Shown: positions 15,527 through 26,286, counted from the first letter of the stretch. The stretch: DNA of 47,412 bases from Candidatus Roizmanbacteria bacterium RIFCSPHIGHO2_12_FULL_37_23 (GCA_001788095.1 MFZX01000026.1:1-47412); one strand, 5' to 3'. Notes: generated by a model not told the origin, from the sequence alone. Numbers and translations: made by a program.

Positions 15527-16774
15527 TTAAATGAACGGTGCCCAGTCGGTTATAGGTGCGATATTAAAAAGCATGAAATTCCAAGCATACAGATAGATTG
15601 CCGGAAGAAGAAAAATCAATACGATTAGAAACTTCTTTGACGTAAAAAATTTCTCAAATGTAATCAGAGCAACCGGTAGTAGGGGAATCGAATATCGCGC
15701 GATATCACGATGTTGTACTGAAATAAGAGAAAGAAAGAAAACAAACGAGAAATAGAAAAAAACCCGTTTTGTTCTCATTGTCTCTTTTCCTATGATGTCA
15801 TTCTGGACTCGACCAAGGATCTCTTTGAGATTTCGAAATAAATTCGGAATGACAGATGAGATCTTATTATTTAAGCCGGAAAATGGCAAGAGCTCTATAA
15901 CGGTTAGTCCATACAACAAAAAAATAAATAGAATTTCTTCTAACCATGCTGTATCAACCCAGTTTTTCTGGAAATTAAATACTTTAAAAGGTGGAAAGAG
16001 AAGATGAAGATTGTCACCTGATTTAAAATATGCCCAAAAGTCACCATATTGGATTCCATACAAAACGAACACTAAGAGTAAACTCCCAGGAATAATAATT
16101 AACCACAACCATCGAAAATCAATTTTTCTATTCTGGATATAGTCATATAATATTCCTCCTAAATAGGCTATAAATAATAAGCCTGCTGGAGTTTTTGTTG
16201 TTATTGCCAATCCTCCTAATAAACCTGCAAATAAATACCTTTTTTTCACAAAAAAGTATATTGACATAAGTATAAAAAGAACAAACATCGGCTCAGGACT
16301 ACCTACTGATCGTGTTACAAAGAATCGTGGAGTAATAAACATAAAAACACTTGTTAGTAAGAGGGGATTTCGTGAAAGTTTCAATGTGTTTACGAAATAG
16401 TAAAAAAACCAAAACAGCATTATTGAAAATATAAGAGTTGAAATGATAGTTGCCTTTGGAAATCCAAAAAGTGGAGCAAAAGCCCTGATAGTTAGTGGAT
16501 ACATTGGTAGGTGAGCTGCAAAATATTTTGTTTCGAGGCCAAGTGGGGCACCAGCAAGGATTTCATTTTTTGGATTGTATAAAGTTTTCGCAGGAATAAT
16601 ATACAGGGGTCCGTCCCAATGTTGTAAAACAGTTTGAAAACTTGTGTTTTTTGTATCAATGCCATAAAGATTATTTATCTTTAATATAAAAGGCATCCAA
16701 AGTAACAGAGTTGTGAATAATGTGAGCGCAGCAATTATGAAGTATGGATATAATTTAGTATATAATTGAGGCAT
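15527..16774 (-). CDS. GT-C membrane glycosyltransferase (PIG-V/mannosyltransferase-like) with an in-frame palindromic insert
   Basis: WDGPLY...AHLPMYPL, SPEPMF and multiple TM helices. Confidence 0.8.
   Translation of the reverse strand: MPQLYTKLYPYFIIAALTLFTTLLLWMPFILKINNLYGIDTKNTSFQTVLQHWDGPLYIIPAKTLYNPKNEILAGAPLGLETKYFAAHLPMYPLTIRAFAPLFGFPKATIISTLIFSIMLFWFFYYFVNTLKLSRNPLLLTSVFMFITPRFFVTRSVGSPEPMFVLFILMSIYFFVKKRYLFAGLLGGLAITTKTPAGLLFIAYLGGILYDYIQNRKIDFRWLWLIIIPGSLLLVFVLYGIQYGDFWAYFKSGDNLHLLFPPFKVFNFQKNWVDTAWLEEILFIFLLYGLTVIELLPFSGLNNKISSVIPNLFRNLKEILGRVQNDIIGKETMRTKRVFFYFSFVFFLSLISVQHRDIARYSIPLLPVALITFEKFFTSKKFLIVLIFLLPAIYLYAWNFMLFNIAPITDWAPFI
15796..15854. repeat. RPE-like palindromic element inserted in-frame in the CDS (encodes VIPNLFRNLKEILGRVQND)
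   Basis: TGTCATTCTGGAC...GAGATTTCGAAATAAATTCGGAATGACA; same family as 4399-4476. Confidence 0.8.
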
Positions 16775-16786
16775 GAATCTAGTATA
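16761..16786. promoter_or_regulatory. Head-to-head leaderless promoters flanking a shared CATG start
   Basis: Plus strand TATAAT-tgaggc-ATG(16773); minus strand TATACT-agattc-ATG(16774). Confidence 0.75.
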
Positions 16787-18245
16787 TCACATCTTTACAA
16801 AGCTCAAAACTTGGTCGCAGGATCCATTTAACAGAATTTTCATATTAATTTTATTATTTGGAATACTTTTGAGATTTTACCAGCTTGAAGGTTTTGTTAC
16901 GTTTCTTGGAGATCAGGGGAGAGATGCGATTATTTTAAAAAGGATCGTTACTTTTGAACATTTTCCTGCTATCGGGGCCCCGTCGTCAGTCGGTCAAGTC
17001 TTTCTTGGTCCCTTTTATTATTATTTCATTGCTCCCTGGCTTTTCTTCTCAGGATTTAATCCAATTGGACCTGCTATTGGTGTAGCATTTTTTTCATCAA
17101 TATTTCTCGTAATAGCTTATGTGGCAATTACAGAATTATTTAATAAAAAAGTAGCTCTTGTTTCAGTATTTCTACTAGCATTTTCAGAGGTTCTTATTAA
17201 TTTTTCGAGATTTTCCTGGAACCCTAACCTTTTACCCCTTGCATCGTTTCTACTATTTTATGTTTTAGTTAAAGGATTAAAAGATCATGATGTGAAAAAA
17301 TTTGTAATTTCTGGGGCACTTTTTTCAATCTCAATACAATTACATTATGTATCTCTAGCTTTAACTATGCCAATAGTGCTCGTTTTGATACATTACTTAT
17401 ATGTTAATAGGAAACGAACATCAAAAAACTTGATCCCAATTTTCGCAATGGGAGTATCGTTTTTTATTTTATCGCTCCCACTGTTAGTTTTTGATCTACG
17501 TCACAGTTTTCTTAATTCAAAAAATTTTATAACACTTTTCACAGATTCGAAAAGTATTGCAGGATCGGGGTTTCAGGAAATATTCAATACTTTTACTGCT
17601 CTTAATGTGTTTGCTTTTAGACAGAATTTTCATGCTTTTTTTTCTCTCCTGCTCTTGATTCTTCTGATTTTATCGATGATTTTCACATGGAAACAAAAGA
17701 GACAACTTTCTTTACTGATTCTATTTTTTCTGATTGGATTATTAATCACCTCTTTTTACACAGGTAGAAAAATTCCACATTATTTTGGAGCCCTATATTC
17801 TTACTATTACATCATCATCGCATATTTCGTTACACAGATTTTTTGGAATAAGAAACTTGGAATATTTTTAGTAATGTTTTTGATTGGATTTATTTTTATG
17901 AACATTCAAGGATATAGTTTTCTGTTTAACCATCCTAATAACCAAATACAAAAAGCACAAGAAGTAGCTCGCCTGATAGATCAAAACATAAGCATAAATA
18001 GGTATCAAGTTACCAGCCTTCCTCATCAATACAGCGACAGTACATATCGTTATTTTCTTGAAATTTGGAAAAAGCGTCCTATTGAAAAGGATAGTTTAGA
18101 AAAGGCTGAGGAATTATTTGTTGTTTGCGAAGACGAATGTACACCAATTGGTGATCCTCAATGGGATATAGCATATTTCGCTCCTCGAGAAATTATAGGG
18201 ACGTGGGATGTGGCGAATGTTAAACTATATAAGTTAATAAGATAG
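16773..18245 (+). CDS. ArnT/PMT-family (GT-C) glycosyltransferase
   Basis: F.GDQGRDA, GPFYYY, SRFSWNPN, QLHY and multi-TM topology. Confidence 0.88.
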   Translation: MNLVYHIFTKLKTWSQDPFNRIFILILLFGILLRFYQLEGFVTFLGDQGRDAIILKRIVTFEHFPAIGAPSSVGQVFLGPFYYYFIAPWLFFSGFNPIGPAIGVAFFSSIFLVIAYVAITELFNKKVALVSVFLLAFSEVLINFSRFSWNPNLLPLASFLLFYVLVKGLKDHDVKKFVISGALFSISIQLHYVSLALTMPIVLVLIHYLYVNRKRTSKNLIPIFAMGVSFFILSLPLLVFDLRHSFLNSKNFITLFTDSKSIAGSGFQEIFNTFTALNVFAFRQNFHAFFSLLLLILLILSMIFTWKQKRQLSLLILFFLIGLLITSFYTGRKIPHYFGALYSYYYIIIAYFVTQIFWNKKLGIFLVMFLIGFIFMNIQGYSFLFNHPNNQIQKAQEVARLIDQNISINRYQVTSLPHQYSDSTYRYFLEIWKKRPIEKDSLEKAEELFVVCEDECTPIGDPQWDIAYFAPREIIGTWDVANVKLYKLIR

Positions 18246-18269
18246 GTAAGTTAGTAGTTTTAACCAAGT

Positions 18270-19016
18270 ATGACGATCTCTCTTATCATTCCTTGTTATA
18301 ACGAGGAACTTAATATTCAAAAAGGAGTATTGGACAAAATCGGAAACTTTACAGCTCATGACGCACAATTTAAGGAAGTTATCATTATTGATGATGGTTC
18401 AACTGATTCAACAGTAGAGATTATTAAAAAAAGATATTTATCCGAATTTCCTAAATTTAGACTCGTTGAGAAAAATCACCAAGGGAAAGCATTTGCTGTA
18501 ATTGAAGGTATCAAAGATGCTCATGGAGATTTCGTGATATTTTCTGACATGGATTTAGCAACACCACTTGAAGAAGCATATATTTTTATTGACGAATTTA
18601 AAAAAGGAAGTAAGATCGTCATAGGCTCAAGAAAAGGTAAAAGAGAAGGAGCACCTTTCAAACGAAAATTACAATCAGTGGGTTTTGTCATAATGAGAAA
18701 TATGCTTGTTGGACTTAATGGCATACAAGATACGCAGTGCGGTTTTAAAGGATTTGATAGGAAAGCTGCGATAAGAATCATTGAAAAATTACGCGTATTT
18801 CATGATGAAAGAAAAGCGCGTGGATCCTCGGTCTCAGCGGGTTTTGATTTAGAGTTTCTTTTTGTTGCACGTAAGCTCGGTTATGAAATTAAAGAAATTC
18901 CAGTCCATTGGAGACATGCAGAAACAAAAAAAGTAACGTTTATAAAAGATTCAGTGGAAACTATAACAGATTTATTGCGAATAAAATTCAATAGTTTAGG
19001 AAGAAAATATTCTTAA
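18270..19016 (+). CDS. GT2 polyprenyl-phosphate glycosyltransferase (DPG-synthase-like)
   Basis: IIPCYNEE, DDGSTD, GKAFAV, FSDMDLATP, DTQCGFK and FDLEFL. Confidence 0.92.
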   Translation: MTISLIIPCYNEELNIQKGVLDKIGNFTAHDAQFKEVIIIDDGSTDSTVEIIKKRYLSEFPKFRLVEKNHQGKAFAVIEGIKDAHGDFVIFSDMDLATPLEEAYIFIDEFKKGSKIVIGSRKGKREGAPFKRKLQSVGFVIMRNMLVGLNGIQDTQCGFKGFDRKAAIRIIEKLRVFHDERKARGSSVSAGFDLEFLFVARKLGYEIKEIPVHWRHAETKKVTFIKDSVETITDLLRIKFNSLGRKYS

Positions 19017-19025
19017 CATTAAGAC

Positions 19026-20492
19026 ATGACACGTCGTATTTTTAAGATTTTGAAAAAACACTTCATTTTTATTCTTTTTGTAATTATTTATTCAACAATC
19101 CTCGCTCATAAACTAGTTGCTTATCCAACTCCTTTTGCTGATTGGGACGAATCGCTATATATTCAGTCAGGTAACGAAATGTTTGAGCAAAATTATTATC
19201 TTTTTCCCGTGTGGCAAGAAAAGCCTTGGCTTGATAAACCTCCGCTTGTACCATTTATTTACGCATCGACTGCAAAACTTTTCGTTGGAGTAGAGCCTGA
19301 AATTTCAACTCGTCTATTATCACTTTCCGTATCAATGCTTGTATTATTTTTTGCATATTTACTTTATAGGAGAGTTGCTGACGACACTATTGTGCCGACG
19401 TTGACAGTCATGATTACCGCCTTCACACCTATTTTTATCCAACGAGCTCAGATTATTAATTTAGATATTTTTCTATTACTGGGATGGTTAGGATACTTAT
19501 TATTTTTTAGAAATTTTATTCTGGGACTTCTTTTTTTAGGTATTGCAGTATTCAGTAAATCTCTCATTGGGTTTTATCCAGTTTTTATAATGCTCTTTTA
19601 TATTTTCTACCAATTTTTTCAAGGAAAAATTAAGCACGAAAAATTTATTAAAGATTTTAAGAAAATAAGTATACAAGCAGGAATTCTTTTACTTTGGTTT
19701 ATTGCAATGCTTCTTTTATATAAAGGAGTTTTTTGGAAACAACATATTATTGAATCACATTTTAATAGGGTCACTTCATCTATTGAATTTCACTTTGGCG
19801 AAAGAACTTATTATTTAGACTTAGTCCTCGAGCAATTTGCATTCATGTTTTCAGCAATCATCATAGGATTTTTCATAATTATCATGAAGTATTATAAAGA
19901 TACCAAAAAACTCCTTCTAGCACTTTTCTTTCTCCCTTGGTTTTTATTTTTAAATCTGACAAAAACTAAAATTTTTTGGTATTTGTACCCTGCAATTCCT
20001 CAACTTGCTTTTTTTTCGATAGCACCCTTATTGGTTCTCTCACATATGAAAAAACTTTATTGGATTGCAGCAGTAATGTTTATCGGAATCGTAATGTATT
20101 ATTGGCCTTCACTTAATAAAAACATACTTGAAAAGACATACGCCTCAGTAAATGATCCACATTATGAACTTTCGATTGCTGCGCGTCCTCGATGTAGTTA
20201 TTTGAATGTTTTATTAGATCAAAGTACGCGTGAAAGTTTTGCAACTCTTGAAAAAGCCAATCTTTTGATAACAACAACAAAATGGTGGGGTAATCATCCA
20301 TCGATAATTTACTATTTTGGGAAAAATACAACATTTTTCTATACCACAAATGATTTTAATTCAGCGCTTGCAAAGTCAAAAATTAATGATTGTTTTATAC
20401 TGGCAGAATCTGACCTCAAACAATATTCCCAAGACGATACGATTGCGAACTTGAAGAGCTCTGGATCAATGCATTTATTTATTAAGAAGTAA
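19026..20492 (+). CDS. ArnT-family (GT-C) glycosyltransferase
   Basis: DWDESLY...DKPPL, multi-TM topology and TK..WYLYPA.P. Confidence 0.88.
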   Translation: MTRRIFKILKKHFIFILFVIIYSTILAHKLVAYPTPFADWDESLYIQSGNEMFEQNYYLFPVWQEKPWLDKPPLVPFIYASTAKLFVGVEPEISTRLLSLSVSMLVLFFAYLLYRRVADDTIVPTLTVMITAFTPIFIQRAQIINLDIFLLLGWLGYLLFFRNFILGLLFLGIAVFSKSLIGFYPVFIMLFYIFYQFFQGKIKHEKFIKDFKKISIQAGILLLWFIAMLLLYKGVFWKQHIIESHFNRVTSSIEFHFGERTYYLDLVLEQFAFMFSAIIIGFFIIIMKYYKDTKKLLLALFFLPWFLFLNLTKTKIFWYLYPAIPQLAFFSIAPLLVLSHMKKLYWIAAVMFIGIVMYYWPSLNKNILEKTYASVNDPHYELSIAARPRCSYLNVLLDQSTRESFATLEKANLLITTTKWWGNHPSIIYYFGKNTTFFYTTNDFNSALAKSKINDCFILAESDLKQYSQDDTIANLKSSGSMHLFIKK

Positions 20493-20496
20493 TTGA

Positions 20497-21423
20497 TTAA
20501 AAACCAATTGTCGATTCAACAATATATTCTGGACGTTGTTTAACCTCGTCATAAACACGTCGCAAATATTCTCCTAGAATTCCAATTGAGAAGAGATTTA
20601 AACCTCCGATAAATATAATAAGCAGTGTTGTTGTAGCGAATCCAGGAACTGCCTTATATGCTTCTGTGAAAAATTTGAAATATACAACTGCGAGCGCTCC
20701 AAAAGCAGATGTAGCTAGCCCTATGAGTCCAAGATAGAAGATCATTTCTAAAGGTACATATGAAAAAGAAAATATTCCGTCAAATGCAAGTTTGAAAAGT
20801 TTTCGAGGATTATATTTACTTTTTCCACCATATCGTCTATCCCTTTCGTACTCAAGACCAATTTGTTTCATACCTATCCAACTTCTTAATCCTCTTATAA
20901 ACCGATTTCTTTCAGGGAGTAGATTAATTGCATCAACTACCTTACGGTTCATTACAGAAAAATCACCGCTATCCACAGGAATATCTATGAATGTTATGGC
21001 TTTTAATAATCTATAAAAGAAACTATAAGCGGACTTTTTTAATAAGGATTCCTTCCTTTTTTTTCGAATTCCATATACAACGTCATATCCATCTGATAAT
21101 TTTTTAAAAAACCTTGGCAATTCTTCTGGGGGATCTTGTAAGTCTGCGTCTATTATAGCTATGAATTCTCCAGTTGAATAACGCATTCCAGCATTTACAG
21201 CTACTTGGTGACCAAAATTTCGAGAAAAGTTAATAACTTTCACATTGTGATCTTGATTATGTAATAGTACTAATGCATGAGGAGAGTTATCGCTGGAACC
21301 ATCATTAACAAAAATTAACTCATATGTTGACTTGAGTTGTTGCATCACTTTTGAAGTTCGATCATATAACTCTTGGATGATGCTTTCTTCGTTATAAACA
21401 GGAATGATAATTGAGTATTTCAT
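20497..21423 (-). CDS. GT2 undecaprenyl-phosphate glycosyltransferase (GtrB/ArnC type)
   Basis: FSRNFGHQ, DADLQDPPE, SGDFS, RFIRGL, two C-terminal TM helices and GEYL.R.Y.EVKQRP. Confidence 0.94.
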   Translation of the reverse strand: MKYSIIIPVYNEESIIQELYDRTSKVMQQLKSTYELIFVNDGSSDNSPHALVLLHNQDHNVKVINFSRNFGHQVAVNAGMRYSTGEFIAIIDADLQDPPEELPRFFKKLSDGYDVVYGIRKKRKESLLKKSAYSFFYRLLKAITFIDIPVDSGDFSVMNRKVVDAINLLPERNRFIRGLRSWIGMKQIGLEYERDRRYGGKSKYNPRKLFKLAFDGIFSFSYVPLEMIFYLGLIGLATSAFGALAVVYFKFFTEAYKAVPGFATTTLLIIFIGGLNLFSIGILGEYLRRVYDEVKQRPEYIVESTIGF

Positions 21424-21452
21424 TTGTTATAATAAGTAATTATACACAAAGA

Positions 21453-23021
21453 ATGTTAGACGTTAGCAAGGTTGTTTCTTTTCTGCGGTCCACATTTTCG
21501 CGTAAAGACGTTGTTATTATAGTAATACTCATACTTCTTTTTCTTTTCACTAGACTAATTAGGCTCGATGATATGCCAATTTTTTCTGATGAGGGAATCT
21601 ATATTCGCTGGGCAAAAGTAGCTTGGAAAGATGCATCATGGCGATTCATATCACTAACCGATGGACGTCAACCTTTACAAACATGGGGAATAATTCCTTT
21701 CTTAAAAATATTTCCTTATAATCCTCTGCTTGCTGGAAGATTATTTTCGGTTGCGAGTGGACTATTTGCTTTGGTAGGTATATTTAGCTCAGCTTTCTAT
21801 CTTTTTAATAAAAAGACTGCCTACATATCAGCGTTGCTTTATATTATTACTCCTTATTTTCTGTTTTATGACAGAATGACTCTCGCCGATTCTGCCGTTA
21901 ACGGTTTCGTTATCTGGATATTTTTTTTCTCAGTTCTTATGGCGAGAACTCTAAGATTAGACGTCGCAATTTTATTAGGTTTACTTTCAGGATTTGGACT
22001 TCTAGCTAAATCCTCTGTGAAAGTATATGTTGGTCTGATGGCTCTTGCACCAGTTTTTCTTTTATTTTCACACAAAGAAGGCGGTTTAAAAAATATGTTA
22101 CTAAGTCTAAAGAATAAATTTGTTGGGAAAGATAACAAAATTAATTCACTCGTAAGTTTTATCACTCTTTATTTTATTGTTATATCATTATCTGCATTGA
22201 TTTATAACGTTCAGAGATTATCTCCCTTTTTCCATTATGTTGCTGAAAAAAATAAAACATTTATTTTAACGGTTCCAGAATTATTGCAGAACCCTTTTGC
22301 ATATTTCCCACACAACATTGTCAATCTACCATATTATGTCTTCTCCGAAATGGGATATATCGTAGCTGTGCTTGGAATAGTAGGCTTATACTTTCTTTAT
22401 AAAAAAGATAGAATTTTAGCGATTTATTTAGGATTATGGCTTATTACTATTACTATACTTCTCTCATTTTTTGCAAAAGTACTTTTTCCACGATATGTGC
22501 TTCCGCTTGGTGGACTCTTGTTGATACCAGCTTCATATCTGCTCTCTAATATCAAAAATTCTAGAAATTTTATGGGTATCTTAGTAGTGATTATAGTTTC
22601 AATATTATATTTTGACTATACTATAATTTTCAATTATCCACGAATCCCGTTTCCTGAGATCGATCGCGGACAATATGTGGAAGGGCGAACTGCTGTTTGG
22701 GGGGCAAGAGAAATTGTTGATTTTGCTCGCGAGAAATCAAAAGAAAAACAAGTCATTCTAATAGCAGAGGGAAATTTTGGCTTAATTGGAGACGTTTTAG
22801 AAACCTTCAAATTACCTAATGATGCAATCAGCGTTAATGGTTACTGGCCATTAGATAAAGAAAATCTGATCGAAAATCAATCAAATCTAAATGACTCATA
22901 TGTTTATGTGGTATTTTCTCACAGAGAAGAATTCCCTTTAGATTGGCCGATTAAACTTATAAAAAGGTATGAAAAACCAGGAAGAAAAGCTAGTGTTTAT
23001 CTCTTTGAGTTAACAAAATAG
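21453..23021 (+). CDS. ArnT/PMT-family (GT-C) glycosyltransferase
   Basis: IFSDEGIYIRWA, GRQPL, FYDRM.LADS and FPRY. Start set to the ATG at 21453. Confidence 0.87.
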   Translation: MLDVSKVVSFLRSTFSRKDVVIIVILILLFLFTRLIRLDDMPIFSDEGIYIRWAKVAWKDASWRFISLTDGRQPLQTWGIIPFLKIFPYNPLLAGRLFSVASGLFALVGIFSSAFYLFNKKTAYISALLYIITPYFLFYDRMTLADSAVNGFVIWIFFFSVLMARTLRLDVAILLGLLSGFGLLAKSSVKVYVGLMALAPVFLLFSHKEGGLKNMLLSLKNKFVGKDNKINSLVSFITLYFIVISLSALIYNVQRLSPFFHYVAEKNKTFILTVPELLQNPFAYFPHNIVNLPYYVFSEMGYIVAVLGIVGLYFLYKKDRILAIYLGLWLITITILLSFFAKVLFPRYVLPLGGLLLIPASYLLSNIKNSRNFMGILVVIIVSILYFDYTIIFNYPRIPFPEIDRGQYVEGRTAVWGAREIVDFAREKSKEKQVILIAEGNFGLIGDVLETFKLPNDAISVNGYWPLDKENLIENQSNLNDSYVYVVFSHREEFPLDWPIKLIKRYEKPGRKASVYLFELTK

Positions 23022-24775
23022 AACTTTTTCAAAGTCCATCCTATTAAGATTAAGAACGTAAATAAAGATATAAATTCTGCAAGTTTTCTTACAAAAGTAT
23101 CTTCAAACTTAAATAACATCTCATGTTGGCCGCTGGGGATGACTACAGTAATAAGCTTAAAATCATTATCATCTGTAATATCTAACTTCGTTCCATTGAG
23201 ATAAGCGGTCCACCCCGGGAAGTTAAAAGTATTTAATCTAAATATTGTTTGTTCAGAAGTTTGTATGAAATATTCTTTTTGATGATATTTGTTATTTTTA
23301 ACTAAAACTTTAGCCTGCCCCATAAGAATTTCATATGATTGTTTTGGTATATCTTTTTGTGAAAGATCAGGAACCGTAGTATTATATTGTGATTTTTTTG
23401 TTCTAATCCCATTTGGAACAAATTCGAATGACGATTTACTAATATTCCATGCGATTTCTTCCCGTGAAGTACGTTCTGCATCTGTTACGATGAGAAGCTT
23501 AAATGGTTTGAAATATTTAGACTGAATCAAAATAACTACGAATACTATACAAATAGTTCCAATAATTTGTGTATAGATGTTGAAATTTTGAGGATGTTTA
23601 AATGTTTTTATAATTTCACCGGAGAAGTGAACTGTAGCTCCTGCAACTAAGGCTATAAAGATATTAACAAAGCTTAAAAATCTCCAGGGAAATTGTAAAT
23701 AAGCAAGAGGGGAGAATATTCTCCAAAGACCGTTAGAATATGGGATCATCATAAAGAAACTGAAAAGAAGCATAAAGAGAAATAAGGCATACATTTTATA
23801 TTGCTCCAATTTTTGTTTCTTCTGAGAAGTTATGTGGAGATAAAGTAAAAATAGAATAAATGAGATTATTGTTAAACCTATATATATTTTGCCTACTGCG
23901 AAAGAGATGCCATCTTCGGGTCCAGGAATTGATCCTCCAAAACCCCAGGGAGAATACCATAATTGATGAGGGTATACGAAGTGAATTACATAATCAGCGA
24001 GCTCACTTGTGAGGATTTTATCAGTGAAAGTAAATTTTTTTTCAAGCAAAGAAGGAATCCAAAAGAAAGCAGATAAGCCAAAACCGATTAGTCCACTTAA
24101 TAGAGAGTGTAGGAGAAAGGAAAGGCGTTCTTCTGAAAGAAATATGTAGAAAATAAAAAAGAACCCCAAAAAGATAATGGCAGGAAGTGTTACTAATAAG
24201 TGTCCTATTACCATCAGGGCAAGTGTAATGCCGAATAAGACGCTATTTCTAATCGTATGTTTTTTATAAAGATTGAAAAACGTAAGAAAAACAAATGGCA
24301 ATAAAGATGTAGTAAAAAATTCTGCGAGTGCGCCTCGTACATATACTGAAGTTGCTCGATATGCAAAATAAGCAAATAAGACAGCAGAAGCAAAACCAGC
24401 AAAGCGAGAAGTAGTTTTTCTGGCAAATAAATAGATTCCAAATGTACCCAATAGTATTCCAAGTATAATCATGCATTTAATAGACGTAATATATGAGAAG
24501 CCAACGATGTGGAACAAAAGCGAAATGTAGTAAATTAACGGAGGGTAAAAATTGAACAGTGGATAACCAAATCCAAATCCGAGATCACCAACCCAACGTG
24601 GATACCATGCACCTTGCCTGATGCCTTGCTCAAGTTCATAAAGACGCGCAATATGCTGATCGTCATGCATGGTGAAATATTGGCCGTTAAGAAGAATTGA
24701 AAAGGTTGGAAGTGTTATAATGAAAAGTAAGAGAAAAACAAGAAGATTCTTCTTTATAAACATGAACTTTACCAT
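22997..24775 (-). CDS. GT-C membrane protein (YfhO / PTPS-related family)
   Basis: HDDQH.AR, PRWV.DLG.G.GYPLFNFYPPL, RGALAE, QFPWRFL and FPGW.A. Start set to the ATG at 24775, with TATAAT 6 nt upstream. Confidence 0.87.
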   Translation of the reverse strand: MVKFMFIKKNLLVFLLLFIITLPTFSILLNGQYFTMHDDQHIARLYELEQGIRQGAWYPRWVGDLGFGFGYPLFNFYPPLIYYISLLFHIVGFSYITSIKCMIILGILLGTFGIYLFARKTTSRFAGFASAVLFAYFAYRATSVYVRGALAEFFTTSLLPFVFLTFFNLYKKHTIRNSVLFGITLALMVIGHLLVTLPAIIFLGFFFIFYIFLSEERLSFLLHSLLSGLIGFGLSAFFWIPSLLEKKFTFTDKILTSELADYVIHFVYPHQLWYSPWGFGGSIPGPEDGISFAVGKIYIGLTIISFILFLLYLHITSQKKQKLEQYKMYALFLFMLLFSFFMMIPYSNGLWRIFSPLAYLQFPWRFLSFVNIFIALVAGATVHFSGEIIKTFKHPQNFNIYTQIIGTICIVFVVILIQSKYFKPFKLLIVTDAERTSREEIAWNISKSSFEFVPNGIRTKKSQYNTTVPDLSQKDIPKQSYEILMGQAKVLVKNNKYHQKEYFIQTSEQTIFRLNTFNFPGWTAYLNGTKLDITDDNDFKLITVVIPSGQHEMLFKFEDTFVRKLAEFISLFTFLILIGWTLKKFYFVNSKR

Positions 24776-24810
24776 GACATTATTATAAATGGAGTGGCTC
24801 CCATAGTCCA

Positions 24811-26286
24811 ATGAACGAAGATTTGCTGCACGTTAAATCAAAAAGTTTTACAAGCGTAATTAGTTTACTCGCCCAAGGGTCGTATGCAGCGGTACTTGGT
24901 TTTATAGCCTTTTTTATATTGACATTTAAGTCGGGAGCTCATCTCCTTGGTATTTACAACACGGTATTAGCAACGCTTTCATCCTTTAATTATTTTACGA
25001 ATCTTGGCCTTGCTGCTGCAATAATGCAAAAAAAAGATGTGGAACAAATAGATCTTAATACTGCTTTTTATATACAGTTTGCTTTAACAATTTTAGGAGT
25101 AATGTTGGGTTTTTACCTTACCCCGAAAATATTCTCTTTTTACAAAGATTTACCTCAGACAGCCATTGCACTCTATTGGGCCATCCTCATCTCCTTTTTA
25201 CTCCTATCTTTAAAGTCCATCCCCTCAGTTTTACTTGAGAAAAAAATTGAAATATATAAAGTAGTTTTCGTTCAGGCGGTAGAAAATACTGTTTTTTATC
25301 TCATTATTATTGTAATGGTTTTATTGGGTTACGAGATTATGAGTATAGTTATTGCAGTTTTGGTACGAGCTATAGTTGGTCTTATTCTTATGTATATACT
25401 CAATCCTTGGATCCCGACACTTTCCTTTTCCCTAAAGTCAGCTAAAAGACTTTTGAGTTATGGAATCCCATTTCAAGGTAATTCATTTCTTGCATTAGTA
25501 AAAGATGACTTACTTATTGTTTATCTTGGTGGAGCAATAGGTTTAACCAATTTGGGAATAGTTACATTTGGAAAAAAATATGCAGAATTTTCAATTCGAC
25601 TCATAATGGATAATGTTAATCGAGTTGCGTTTCCATTATTTGCGCAGTTCCAAAAAGATAAAAAACTCTTGAGAAAATCTCTGCAAAAAGTATTCTTTTA
25701 TGAATCTTTCTTCATTTTTTCAGCAGTTATCGGCGCAATGTTTATATTTGATAGTCTTCTGAAGATCGTTCCTGGAGACTATTATGGTAAATGGAATTTA
25801 GCATTATTTTCTTTTTACTTCTTCTCGCTATCAGCACTGTTTGTAAGTCTTTACAGCCCCTTAATAAATTTTTTCAATGCGATCGGAAAAGTAAAAACGA
25901 GCTTATATTTCATGGTTTATTTTACCGTGATTACTTGGATTTTAATTCCACTTTTTATTCAATTTTTTGGATTTAATGGTATATCTATAGCATTTTTTGT
26001 AATGTCGCTTTCATTTATTTTTATTATTTTCCAAGCAAAAAAATATCTTTCGTTTCCATTTTTAACATTTATCCATCCCAATATTATTGCTGCGGTTACA
26101 ATGGCAGGATACCTGTTAATCATAAGAGTTATTACTCTCACTATTCTAGATTCGCCACTATTGCATGTTGTGCTTTCTGTAACAGGTGGAGTTTGTATCT
26201 TCTTCTATGTAACTTATCTAGTTAAAGGAAAAGCTCTTTATCAAGAAATTATTGATCTCATTAAATTAAAAAACCATAATGAATAA
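24811..26286 (+). CDS. wzx: Oligosaccharide flippase (Wzx/MOP family)
   Basis: About 14 TM helices; LGLAAAIMQK, LLSYG.PFQ and RVAFPLFAQ.Q. Confidence 0.88.
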   Translation: MNEDLLHVKSKSFTSVISLLAQGSYAAVLGFIAFFILTFKSGAHLLGIYNTVLATLSSFNYFTNLGLAAAIMQKKDVEQIDLNTAFYIQFALTILGVMLGFYLTPKIFSFYKDLPQTAIALYWAILISFLLLSLKSIPSVLLEKKIEIYKVVFVQAVENTVFYLIIIVMVLLGYEIMSIVIAVLVRAIVGLILMYILNPWIPTLSFSLKSAKRLLSYGIPFQGNSFLALVKDDLLIVYLGGAIGLTNLGIVTFGKKYAEFSIRLIMDNVNRVAFPLFAQFQKDKKLLRKSLQKVFFYESFFIFSAVIGAMFIFDSLLKIVPGDYYGKWNLALFSFYFFSLSALFVSLYSPLINFFNAIGKVKTSLYFMVYFTVITWILIPLFIQFFGFNGISIAFFVMSLSFIFIIFQAKKYLSFPFLTFIHPNIIAAVTMAGYLLIIRVITLTILDSPLLHVVLSVTGGVCIFFYVTYLVKGKALYQEIIDLIKLKNHNE

